A stretch of 64,000 bases of DNA from Gemmatimonadota bacterium (lineage in GTDB: Bacteria; Gemmatimonadota; Gemmatimonadetes; Longimicrobiales; RSA9): assembly GCA_040905425.1 (NCBI GenBank), contig JBBDRO010000100.1, forward strand, positions 63,124 through 127,123. Direction: 5' to 3'. Position 1 is the first letter of the stretch; each line of letters begins with the position of its first letter. The position numbers were made by a program, and so were the translations under genes. Positions 20,101 to 29,248 of this stretch are shown here, in pieces. Under the pieces are notes generated by a model. The model was not told the origin of the DNA. It worked only from the letters and a program-made list of their open reading frames with translations, and did no database searches.

Positions 20101-21515
20101 ACGCCCGCTCCCGAACTGCTCAGGCGGGCCAGCAGGCGGCGCGACGCCTGATCGATGTTGCCGGCGCCCATGAGGATGCACACGTCCTCCGGCCGCAGTT
20201 CCGCGTAGAGCGCGTTCTCGAGCTGCGCCAGGGTGGGTGTGTAGCGTACGCGCTCGGCCCCGCCGGCCTCGGCCGCATGGGCCACCAGCGCACCGTCCAC
20301 CCCCTCGATGGGGGCCTCGCGCGCCGGGAAGACGTCCGCCACGAAGACCGCGTCGGCGAGCGCCAGAGCGGCGCCGAAATCCTCGTGGTGATCACGGGTG
20401 CGGGTGTAGAGGTGGGGCTGGAACGCCGCCACCAGCCGCCGGTCCGGATAGGCCCCGCGGGCGGCGACGAGCGTGGCCCGCACTTCGGTGGGATGGTGCG
20501 CGTAGTCGTCCACCAGCGTCACGCCGGCCGCCGTACCGAGCTCCTGGAAGCGGCGTCCCACGCCCTGGAAGTGCGTCAGCGCCCGGCGCGCGGCGTCCAG
20601 GTCCGCACCGGCCCAGCGCGCCAGCGCCAGGGCGGCCACGGCGTTCAGGACGTTGTGGCGGCCGGGGCAGCCCAGCTCGAAGGCGCCCAGCTCCGCGCCG
20701 TCCTCGAGCAGCCGGAAGCGCGTGGTCCGGCCCGCCGGCTCGAGCTCCACCGCCCGCAGCGCCGCGTCCTCGCCCGTGCCATAAGCGACGACGGGTGCTT
20801 CCACGCCACCGGCCAGGAGGGCACGCACGCCGGCGTCATCCACGCACGCGGCCACCAGTCCGCTGCCGGGCACGTGGGACAGGAAGCTGCGGAAGCCGTC
20901 GTGCAGGACCTCCACGGAGCCGTAGATCTCCATGTGATCGGCCTCGAGTGACGTCACCGCCGCCGCGTTCGCTCGCAGCGTCAGGAAGGCGCGGTCGTAT
21001 TCGTCGGCCTCCGCCACGTAGAGGCGGTCCCCGCCGGCGCGCAGGCCGCTCCCCCAGCCCGTCACCTTGCCCCCCACGAAGGCCGTGGGATCCAGGCCCG
21101 CCTCCACCAGGATGGCCGTGGTCATGGCCGTGGTGGTGGTCTTGCCGTGGGTGCCCGCCACCGCCAGCAGCGTGGCGCGATTCACCAGCGCCCCCAGCGC
21201 TTCCGCGCGGCGCAGCACCGGGATGCCCTGGGCGTGCGCGGCGGCGATCTCCGGGTGGTCCGCCGGCACGGCGGCGGTGCGCACCACGGCCGCCGCGCCC
21301 TGCACGTGCGCCGGATCGTGACCGCGCTGCATGGTGGCGCCCAGACTGGCCAGGTGCTCCGTGACCTCGCCCGGAGCGTTGTCACACCCGCTCACCGTGG
21401 CGCCGCCGCGCAGGAGCGCCTCCGCCAGCGCCGACATGCCGGCGCCGCCCACCCCCACGAAGTGGACGGGCCCGCGTGCCGCGAGCGCGAGCAGGTCCGG
21501 CAGTGACGCGCTCAC
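20097..21515 (-). CDS. murC: UDP-N-acetylmuramate--L-alanine ligase
   Basis: HFVGVGGAGMS, GTHGKTTT, EADEYD, DDYAHHPTE, FQPHLYTRT. Confidence 0.97.
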   Translation of the reverse strand: MSASLPDLLALAARGPVHFVGVGGAGMSALAEALLRGGATVSGCDNAPGEVTEHLASLGATMQRGHDPAHVQGAAAVVRTAAVPADHPEIAAAHAQGIPVLRRAEALGALVNRATLLAVAGTHGKTTTTAMTTAILVEAGLDPTAFVGGKVTGWGSGLRAGGDRLYVAEADEYDRAFLTLRANAAAVTSLEADHMEIYGSVEVLHDGFRSFLSHVPGSGLVAACVDDAGVRALLAGGVEAPVVAYGTGEDAALRAVELEPAGRTTRFRLLEDGAELGAFELGCPGRHNVLNAVAALALARWAGADLDAARRALTHFQGVGRRFQELGTAAGVTLVDDYAHHPTEVRATLVAARGAYPDRRLVAAFQPHLYTRTRDHHEDFGAALALADAVFVADVFPAREAPIEGVDGALVAHAAEAGGAERVRYTPTLAQLENALYAELRPEDVCILMGAGNIDQASRRLLARLSSSGAGV

Positions 21516-22648
21516 GGGGCGTCCACCAGTTCGAGGAACCGACGGGCGATCTGGCGGGCGGCGTCGGGGCGGGCGCGCTGCCGTGCCGCCGCCGCCATCG
21601 AGGTGCGGCGCTCGGCGTCCCCGGCCAGGTCGGTGAGCGCCGACCAGAGTCGCTCGGCGGTGAGCTCCCGCTCGGTGAGCATCACCGCGGCGCCCGCCTC
21701 CTCCAGGGCACGGGCATTATGGGTCTGATGGTCCGCCGCGGCCGTGGGCAACGGCACCAGGATCATGGGGATCCCCCACGCCTCCAACTCGGCCGTGCCC
21801 ATGGCGCCCGCGCGGCTCACCGCCAGGTCGGCGGCCGCCAGCGCGCGCGGCATGTTTTCGATGTACCCGATGGGCCGGACCCATGGGGCATCGAGCGGCT
21901 CCAGCGCCTGCTGGACACCGTGGATGTGTGCGGGCCCCGTGGCCCACACCAGATAAAGCTCCCCGCGACGGAACGCGAGCCTCCCCCCGGAAACATCCCG
22001 AACCGCCTCGAGGAGCTTTTCGTTGATGGACCTGGCACCCTGGCTGCCTCCTATCACGAGGACCACGGTGGCGTCCACCGGTATGTCGAAATCACGCCGG
22101 CATGCGGCCCGGTCCAGCGACCGGTCCGGGGGCGCGATGGGATTGCCGAGCGCCAGCACCTCCGTGCGCTCGCCCGGCGAGAGATGCTTCTCGGCCTCGG
22201 GGAAACCCAGGTGGACCTGACGCGCACGGCGCGACAGCATCCGGGTCGTGAACCCCGGCCATGAATTCTGTTCCTGCAACGCCAGCGGCACCCCGCGCAG
22301 TACGGCCCAGGCTCCGGCCGGACCGCTGGCGTAGCCGCCGGTCCCCACCACCAGTGAGGGGCAGAAATCCCGGAAGAGCGTGTTCAGACCCACGAGAGCA
22401 CGACCCATGGCAAAGGGCAGTGTCACGTTGCGCCACACCCGGTCGCGATGGATGGGACGCAGGTCCAGGAGCGTGTGCGGCACCCCGCGCTGCGGCAGCA
22501 CACGCGCCTCCACGCCCCGGCGCGCACCCACGAAATGGCATGCCGTGCCAGGACGCTCGGCCGCCAGCGCGTCGGCCAGCGCCAGGGCGGGATAGAGATG
22601 GCCGCCCGTACCGCCACCGGCGAACAGGACCCGCGGCGCCGCGCTCAC
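21512..22648 (-). CDS. murG: undecaprenyl-PP-MurNAc-pentapeptide GlcNAc transferase
   Basis: GGGTGGHLYP, GGYASGP, QEQN, GGSQGA, SRAGA, DHQTHNA; GTG start overlaps the ftsW stop. Confidence 0.97.
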   Translation of the reverse strand: MSAAPRVLFAGGGTGGHLYPALALADALAAERPGTACHFVGARRGVEARVLPQRGVPHTLLDLRPIHRDRVWRNVTLPFAMGRALVGLNTLFRDFCPSLVVGTGGYASGPAGAWAVLRGVPLALQEQNSWPGFTTRMLSRRARQVHLGFPEAEKHLSPGERTEVLALGNPIAPPDRSLDRAACRRDFDIPVDATVVLVIGGSQGARSINEKLLEAVRDVSGGRLAFRRGELYLVWATGPAHIHGVQQALEPLDAPWVRPIGYIENMPRALAAADLAVSRAGAMGTAELEAWGIPMILVPLPTAAADHQTHNARALEEAGAAVMLTERELTAERLWSALTDLAGDAERRTSMAAAARQRARPDAARQIARRFLELVDAP

Positions 22649-23808
22649 GTGGCCACCTGGGCCGAACGACGCGCCACGCTGAGCAGCACGCCCACCCCGA
22701 GCAGGCTCACCAGGATGCTGGTGCGGCCGTAGGACATGAGCGGCAGCGTCACCCCGGTGGTGGGGATGAGCGCCGTGTTCACGAGCATGTGCAGCAGCGC
22801 CTGGACCACGATGAGGTTGGTCATGCCGATGGCCAGGAGCGTACCGAAGAGGTCGGGCGCGCCGCGCGCCACGCGATAGCCCACCAGGGCAAAGAGGACG
22901 TAGAGCGTGACCACCATGAGCACGCCCAGGAAGCCCCACTCCTCGCCGATGGTGGCAAAAAGGAAGTCATTGTGCGGTTCGGGGAGGAAGCCGAACTTCT
23001 GCTGCCCGCGCCCGATGCCCCGCCCCAGGATGCCGCCGCTGCCCAGCGCGATGAGTGCCTGGTTGATCTGATAGCTGACGCCCGCCGGGTCCTGCGCGGG
23101 ATCGAAGAAGGCGGCCATGCGGCGCACCCGGTACGCCGCACCGCCCACGGCGTTCAGGAAGAGCGGCAGCCCCACCAGACCAAGCAGCAGGAAGTGGCCG
23201 ATGCGGGCGCCGGCCGCGTACACCACCAGCACGCTGAAGAGGATGGTCAGCATGGCCGCCGACAGCGACGGCTCGAGGAAGATGAGCCCCGCCACGACGG
23301 CCCAGACGATGAGGAACGGACCCAGCCCCCGCGACAGGCTGTGCAGCCGGTCCTGCTTCTTCACCGCGATGGCCGCGGTCCACACGATCAGCACACCCTT
23401 GGCCAGCTCGGAGGGCTGCAGCGAGACCGGACCCACGACCAGCCAGCGCCGGGCGCCGTTGTCCTCGGGGGCAATGCCTTCGAGGCCCGGTATCAGGAGC
23501 ACCACCAGCATGGCCGTGACCACGGCCAGCAGCGGCCAGGCCAGCAGCCGCAGGTGGCGGTAATCCAGGCGCGCGACCAGGGCCAGCGCCACCAGGCCGA
23601 GCGCCGCGCCCACCGCCTGCTGGACGAAGAAATGGTAGTCCGGCAGGCCGGCCACCTGCGCCTTCACGGCGCTGGCGCTGTAGAGACTCACCAGGCCGAA
23701 GGAGAGCAGCAGCACGGTCAGCGTGAGCAGCGCCGGCGCCTCCCAGCCCACGCTCAGGCGGCCCGGCCGCACCGCGGCGCATTGCAGCGCCATGGCCGCG
23801 CTACCCAT
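22645..23808 (-). CDS. ftsW: peptidoglycan polymerase FtsW
   Basis: NGARRW, QPSELAK, FLPEPHNDF, GEEWG, LPLMSYG; multiple TM helices. Confidence 0.96.
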   Translation of the reverse strand: MGSAAMALQCAAVRPGRLSVGWEAPALLTLTVLLLSFGLVSLYSASAVKAQVAGLPDYHFFVQQAVGAALGLVALALVARLDYRHLRLLAWPLLAVVTAMLVVLLIPGLEGIAPEDNGARRWLVVGPVSLQPSELAKGVLIVWTAAIAVKKQDRLHSLSRGLGPFLIVWAVVAGLIFLEPSLSAAMLTILFSVLVVYAAGARIGHFLLLGLVGLPLFLNAVGGAAYRVRRMAAFFDPAQDPAGVSYQINQALIALGSGGILGRGIGRGQQKFGFLPEPHNDFLFATIGEEWGFLGVLMVVTLYVLFALVGYRVARGAPDLFGTLLAIGMTNLIVVQALLHMLVNTALIPTTGVTLPLMSYGRTSILVSLLGVGVLLSVARRSAQVAT

Positions 23809-25162
23809 GGGCGTTCTCCGGCGCCCGGGCGGCCAGCGCCTTGAAGCGGCGGCCACGTTCCTCGTAATCCCGGAACATGTCGAAGGAAGCGCAGGCGGGC
23901 GCCAGCAGCAGGGCGTCACCGGAACGCGCCAGCGCGGCGGCAGCCTCCACCACGTCCTCGAAGGGGCCGTCCACGCGCTCCACGTCCACGTGGGCCGCCA
24001 ACGATTCCTCGATCAGCGCGGCCGCCTCGCCGTAGGCCACGACCGCCCGGACGCGGTCCTTCATATCGGCCAGCAGATCGGTGTAGGGCTCCCCCTTGTG
24101 GCGGCCGCCCAGCAGCAGCACGATGGGGCGCTCGACGGCCCGGAGCGCCACGCGCGTGGCGCCCACATTCGTCGCTTTGGAATCATTGATCCAGAGCACG
24201 CCGGCGCGCTCGCCGAGCACCTCCAGCCGGTGCTCCAGGCCGCGGAAGGAGGTGAGCCCCCCGCTCACGGCATCGATGTCCGCGCCCATGGCCAGGGCGG
24301 CCAGCGCGGCGGCCAGGGCATTGGCGTGGTTGTGCGCGCCGAGCAGGCTCAGTTCCGCCACGTTGGCCAGCGGCAGCCCGGCGCCGTGCAGGCTCACCAC
24401 CAGGTTCCCGCCGGCGTCCACGAAGCCGCCGTCCTCGTCCCCGGCCAGCGGCGAGGCCACGCGGAACCAGAGGCGCTCCCCCGGCGCGTCCCCCACGAGC
24501 TCCCGCACGGCGGTGTCCTCACCATTCAATACCCACGTGCTGGTAGCGTCCGCATTGTCGAACAGGTGCGCCTTGTCCGCGTAGTAGGCGGCCAGCGAGG
24601 GATACCGGTCCTGGTGATCGGGAGCCAGGTTGGTGACCACACCCACGAGCGGCGCGAAGATGTCCACCGCGCCCAGCTGGTAGGAACTGGCTTCCACGAC
24701 CACCGCGTCGGGGGCGGGCTCGCGGAGCGCCACCTCGGAGAGGGCCGTGCCGATGTTGCCGGCGGAGGGGGCGTCCATGCCCGCGGCCTGGAGGAGATGC
24801 GCCAGCAGCGCCGTGGTGGTGGTCTTGCCATTCGTTCCTGTGACGGCCGCGAGCGGGGCCGCGATGTAGCGCGCCGCATACTCCAGTTCGGAGACCACCG
24901 GCACGCCTGCCTCCCGCACCGCCTGGACCACGGGTACGTCGAGTGGGATGCCGGGACTCACGACCACCAGCGTGCAGGCCTCCAGCTTGCGGGCGTCGTG
25001 GCCGCCGGTGGCGGCGTCGGCGCCGGCGGCGCGCAGTTCGGCCGCAGCACGCTCGAGCTCCGGCGTGGCGCCGCTGTCCGAGGCGTAGACCTGCTCGCCC
25101 CGCGCGAGCGCCAGGCGGGCGGCGGCCGTCCCGCTCCGGGCCAATCCCAGGACGCCGATCAT
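23801..25162 (-). CDS. murD: UDP-N-acetylmuramoyl-L-alanine--D-glutamate ligase
   Basis: GLARSG, VVSPG, TGTNGKTTT, NDSKATN, PACASFDMF. Confidence 0.97.
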   Translation of the reverse strand: MIGVLGLARSGTAAARLALARGEQVYASDSGATPELERAAAELRAAGADAATGGHDARKLEACTLVVVSPGIPLDVPVVQAVREAGVPVVSELEYAARYIAAPLAAVTGTNGKTTTTALLAHLLQAAGMDAPSAGNIGTALSEVALREPAPDAVVVEASSYQLGAVDIFAPLVGVVTNLAPDHQDRYPSLAAYYADKAHLFDNADATSTWVLNGEDTAVRELVGDAPGERLWFRVASPLAGDEDGGFVDAGGNLVVSLHGAGLPLANVAELSLLGAHNHANALAAALAALAMGADIDAVSGGLTSFRGLEHRLEVLGERAGVLWINDSKATNVGATRVALRAVERPIVLLLGGRHKGEPYTDLLADMKDRVRAVVAYGEAAALIEESLAAHVDVERVDGPFEDVVEAAAALARSGDALLLAPACASFDMFRDYEERGRRFKALAARAPENAHG

Positions 25163-26265
25163 CGGATCTTAAGGGTGCTGAAGGCGGCCAGCGCGAACAG
25201 GATCCCCAGGATCCAGAAGCGCATGATGACCTTGCTCTCCGCCCAGCCGACCTTTTCGAAGTGGTGATGTAGGGGGGCCATCCGCAGGATCCGGCGGCCC
25301 CTTCCATAGCGCCGCGCCGTGAACTTGAACCAGCCCACCTGCGCCATGACCGACGCCGCCTCCATCACGAACACGCCGCCTACGATCACCAGGAGGAATT
25401 CGGTTTTCAACAGGATCGACACCACGCCCAGCGCCCCACCCACCGCCAGCGAGCCCGTGTCCCCCATGAAGACGTCGGCCGGGTGGGCGTTGTACCACAG
25501 GAAGCCGAGCGTGGACCCCGCCAGAGCCAGGCAGAAGATGGACAGTTCACCGCTGCCCGGCAGATAGATGAGACCCAGGTAGGAGGACGTGTCCACGCGG
25601 CCGATCACGTAGGCGAACATGCCGAACGCACCCGCCGCGATGGCGCCCAGGCCGCCGGCGAGACCGTCCAGCCCATCCGTGAGGTTCACCGCGTTGGAGC
25701 TGCCCGCCACCACCAGCATCACCCACGGGATGAAGAGCGGCCACCACATCCACAGCCGCCAGTCGGCGAAGAAGGGGATGCTCGTCTCCGTCACCGGGAA
25801 ATCGACCGGCGGGAACAGCAGGAGGAAGACGGCCACCAGCAGACCCACCAGTCCCTGGCCCACCAGCTTGTAGCGGGCCACGAGTCCCTCGGTGCGGCGG
25901 CGGACCACCTTCAGGTAGTCGTCCAGGAAGCCGAGCACCCCCAGCCACACCAGCACCACCATGGCGATGGTCGTGTACGGGTTGACCAGCTCCGCCCAGA
26001 GAATCGTGGTGAGCACGGTGGGAACGATGATGAGCACCCCGCCCATGGTGGGCGTGCCGGCCTTCACCAGGTGGCTCTGCGGCCCCTCCTCGCGCACCAC
26101 CTGTCCCACCCGCAGCTGCCGCAGGTAGCGGATCATGGGCGGGCCCATGACGAAGGAGACCAGGATGGCCGTGGCCATCCCCCCCGCAGCACGGAAGGTG
26201 ATGTAGGAGAACAGATTGAACGCAATGTGCCGTTCGGCCAGGGGCGGCAGGAAGTATTCGAACAC
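25159..26265 (-). CDS. mraY: phospho-N-acetylmuramoyl-pentapeptide transferase
   Basis: KAGTPTMGG, DDYLK, NAVNLTDGLDGL, FMGDTGS, MAPLHHHFE. Confidence 0.98.
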   Translation of the reverse strand: MFEYFLPPLAERHIAFNLFSYITFRAAGGMATAILVSFVMGPPMIRYLRQLRVGQVVREEGPQSHLVKAGTPTMGGVLIIVPTVLTTILWAELVNPYTTIAMVVLVWLGVLGFLDDYLKVVRRRTEGLVARYKLVGQGLVGLLVAVFLLLFPPVDFPVTETSIPFFADWRLWMWWPLFIPWVMLVVAGSSNAVNLTDGLDGLAGGLGAIAAGAFGMFAYVIGRVDTSSYLGLIYLPGSGELSIFCLALAGSTLGFLWYNAHPADVFMGDTGSLAVGGALGVVSILLKTEFLLVIVGGVFVMEAASVMAQVGWFKFTARRYGRGRRILRMAPLHHHFEKVGWAESKVIMRFWILGILFALAAFSTLKIR

Positions 26266-26267
26266 GC

Positions 26268-27782
26268 TCAGCCCTCCGTGTCCGTGGCGCCGCCGGCGCC
26301 GGCAGAAGTTCCGGGATGGGGGCGCTCCGCCGGATGCGCTTCATCACGCTCTCCGGTGCGCGTCATGCTCGCCCGCGGCCCATGGGCCTCCCCGTGCGGG
26401 TGGAGCACCCCCATACCCAGTTGTTCCAGGCGCGGCAGCAGGCGCTCCAGCGCCACGCCGCGCGATCCCTTGAGCAGTACCGTTTCGGTGCCGCCGAGCC
26501 GCTCCGACAGCGGCTCCCAGACGGCCTCGGCGTCGGCGGCCGTGAGCAGCCGCTCGCCCAGCTCGTCCCGGAGCGGCTCGAAGGCCGCCACGAACGCTCC
26601 GGTGGCCACGATCAGGTCCACGTCGTGCGCGGCCGCCTGGCGCGCCGCTTCCGCGTGCACCGCGTCACTCTCGGCGCCCATCTCCAGCATGCTGCCCAGG
26701 ACCGCCACACGGCCGCCGACGCGGGGCAGACCCACGAGCAGCTCCAGCGCGGCCGCCGTGCTGCCCGGGTTGGCGTTGTAGCAGTCCGCCACCACGGTGA
26801 GGCTGCCGTAACGGTGCATCTCCCCGCGCATAGCAGACGCCGGCAGCTCGCGGAGCGCGGCCACGGCGGCGTCCGGATCCACGCCCCACGCCTGGCCCAG
26901 TTCCAGGGCCAGCAGCGCATTGCCGGCATTGTGCCGGCCGCGTAGCTGGAGCTGGACCTGCCGGCCGCGCCAGGTGAAGGACACGCGGCCTTCCCCGTCC
27001 AGGGCCACCTGGCTGCCGCGCGCCTCGGGCGGCGCGCCGCTGCCCGTACCGGCCACCGTGACGGCGTCGTGCAGCGCGCGCACGCGCTCGGCCAGTGCGG
27101 CCGGCTCGTCCGTCACCACCGCGGGCGCACCGGCGGGCAGCCAACTCACGATGGACGTCTCTTCGCGCAGCACGCCGTCCAGGCTGCCGAGCCCCTCGAG
27201 GTGCTCCGCGGAGACGCTCGTGATGATGGCCGCGTCCGGCTCGCAGATGGCGGCGATCTCGGCCACCTCGCCGGGGATGTTGGTGCCCACCTCGGCCACC
27301 ACCACCTCCGTATCCGACGGCGTGGCGAGCAGCGTGAGCGGCACCCCGATCTGGTTGTTCAGGTTGCCGGTGGTGGCGTGGACCCGATAACGGGCGCCCA
27401 GCACGGCGCGCAACAGGTCCTTGGTGGTGGTCTTGCCGTTCGAGCCGGCCACGACGCAGACGCGGGCGCCCACGACGCGCCGCCGGCAGCGGCCCAGCCG
27501 GCCCAACGCCGCCAGGGTGCTGTCCACCCGGTAGTAGCGCAGCGTCCCGGGGGCGCCGTCGGGCAGCCGCTCCACCACCGCGCCCGTGGCGCCCGCTGCG
27601 GCGGCGTCCGCCAGGTGATCGTGACCGTCGTGGCGCTCGCCGCGCAGCGCCACGAAGAGGTCCCCCTCCGCCAGCGTGCGGGTGTCCGTGCTCACCGCCC
27701 CGTGCGCCAGCCCATCCTCCTCGGGCGCGCCCAGACCCAGCGCGGCGCACACCGCGGCCTCCGTCCAGGGACGCGCGCTCAT
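26268..27782 (-). CDS. murF: UDP-N-acetylmuramoyl-tripeptide--D-Ala-D-Ala ligase
   Basis: STDTR, GSNGKTTTK, NLNNQIGVP, DCYNANP, LKGSRG. Confidence 0.96.
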   Translation of the reverse strand: MSARPWTEAAVCAALGLGAPEEDGLAHGAVSTDTRTLAEGDLFVALRGERHDGHDHLADAAAAGATGAVVERLPDGAPGTLRYYRVDSTLAALGRLGRCRRRVVGARVCVVAGSNGKTTTKDLLRAVLGARYRVHATTGNLNNQIGVPLTLLATPSDTEVVVAEVGTNIPGEVAEIAAICEPDAAIITSVSAEHLEGLGSLDGVLREETSIVSWLPAGAPAVVTDEPAALAERVRALHDAVTVAGTGSGAPPEARGSQVALDGEGRVSFTWRGRQVQLQLRGRHNAGNALLALELGQAWGVDPDAAVAALRELPASAMRGEMHRYGSLTVVADCYNANPGSTAAALELLVGLPRVGGRVAVLGSMLEMGAESDAVHAEAARQAAAHDVDLIVATGAFVAAFEPLRDELGERLLTAADAEAVWEPLSERLGGTETVLLKGSRGVALERLLPRLEQLGMGVLHPHGEAHGPRASMTRTGERDEAHPAERPHPGTSAGAGGATDTEG

Positions 27783-29248
27783 GCGCCCCTCGCGGCCGTG
27801 AGCTCCGCCACCACGTCCCGCTCGTCAAAGGGGCGCTTCTCGGTGCCCACGATCTGATAGGTCTCGTGCCCCTTGCCGGCCAGCAGGATGACGTCCTCGG
27901 GGCCGGCCAGCTCGAGTGCGCGGCGGATGGCGGCGCGCCGCTCCACCACGCGCTCGAAGCCCGCGGACATCCCCGCGGTGATGTCATCCACGATGGCGGC
28001 GGGATCCTCGGTGCGTGGATTGTCCGAGGTCACGATGGCCAGGTCGGCCAGCGCCGAGGCCACCCGCCCCATCTCGGCACGCTTGCCCCGGTCCCGGTCC
28101 CCACCGGCGCCGAACACCACCAGCAGGCGGCCCGGCGTGAGCGTCCGTAGAGCCTCCAGCACGCCCGCCAGCGCGGCCGGGGTATGGGCGTAGTCGCGAT
28201 AAATGGGACATGGCGCCTCGGCAATGCGCTCCAGCCGCCCCGGTACCTGCGGGATGCCCGCCAGCCGGTCCGCCACCTCATGGCGGCTGAAGCCCAGCGC
28301 CAGGCAGGCGGCCGCCGCGCCCAGGGCGTTCTCCACGTTGAAGCGGCCCACCAGCGGCAGTTGCACCGGGCTCTCGCCGTCGGCGCATACCAGCGCGAAG
28401 GAACTGCCCGCCGGACCGAGGTCCAGCCGTGCCGCCGTCACGTCGGCGGCCGTATCGGTGCCGATGGCAAAGGTGAGCGCGCGCGGCGCCGCGGCCGGAA
28501 TGCCGGCCCATGCGGGGTCCTGGGCATTCACAACGGCCGTGCCCTCGGGCTTCAGGTGATCCACCAGCAGACGCTTGGCCGCGGTGTACTCCTCCACCGT
28601 GCCGTGATAGTCCAGATGATCGCGCGTGAGGTTGATGAAGACACCCACGTCGAAGCGCACCGCGTGCACCCGCCCCTGGTGAAGCGCGTGGGAGGAGACC
28701 TCCATGGCCACGGCCGCCACGCCCTGATCCACGAGCACCCGGAGCGTGCGCGCCAGCTCCACGGGTCCCGGCGTGGTGAGTGAGGCGCCCTCCATGGGGC
28801 CGCTGCGCCCGAAGGCGCCCAGCGTACCGATGGTGGCCGTGGGCCACCGTCCTTCCAGCAGGTGGCGCAGCACCCAGACCGTGGAGGTCTTACCGTTCGT
28901 ACCCGTGACGCCCACCACCCGCAGCCGCTCCGCGGGGTCCCCGTAGAAGGCGGCGGCCACGGTGGCGGCGGCCCTGCGCCCGTCCCGCACCACGAGCTGC
29001 GGCACCGGCGTGTCGGAGGCCCGCTCCACCAGGACGGCCGCCGCACCCGCGGCCACGGCGGCGGGCACGTAGTCGTGCGCGTCGGCCAGGCTGCCGGCCC
29101 AGGCGCAGAAGAGATCACCGGGCGCCACGCGGCGGCTGTCATCGGCCACGCCGCCGATGCGCGCGGCCCCGCCGCGCCGCTCCAGCAGCAGCCCCTCGGC
29201 CTCCAGCCGCGTGGCCAGCGTGGCCAGCTCCCGCGCGTCCCCGCTCAC
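27779..29248 (-). CDS. murE: UDP-N-acetylmuramoyl-dipeptide--meso-DAP ligase
   Basis: TGTNGKTS, MEVSSH, DHLDYH, DYAHTP, DNPR (meso-DAP-type motif), AGKGHE. Confidence 0.97.
   Translation of the reverse strand: MSGDARELATLATRLEAEGLLLERRGGAARIGGVADDSRRVAPGDLFCAWAGSLADAHDYVPAAVAAGAAAVLVERASDTPVPQLVVRDGRRAAATVAAAFYGDPAERLRVVGVTGTNGKTSTVWVLRHLLEGRWPTATIGTLGAFGRSGPMEGASLTTPGPVELARTLRVLVDQGVAAVAMEVSSHALHQGRVHAVRFDVGVFINLTRDHLDYHGTVEEYTAAKRLLVDHLKPEGTAVVNAQDPAWAGIPAAAPRALTFAIGTDTAADVTAARLDLGPAGSSFALVCADGESPVQLPLVGRFNVENALGAAAACLALGFSRHEVADRLAGIPQVPGRLERIAEAPCPIYRDYAHTPAALAGVLEALRTLTPGRLLVVFGAGGDRDRGKRAEMGRVASALADLAIVTSDNPRTEDPAAIVDDITAGMSAGFERVVERRAAIRRALELAGPEDVILLAGKGHETYQIVGTEKRPFDERDVVAELTAARGA

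Noticed and set aside
26268..26410. His-containing C-terminal extension of MurF as a separate functional domain
   Set aside because: It is a short low-complexity tail with no recognisable motif, probably a neutral extension.
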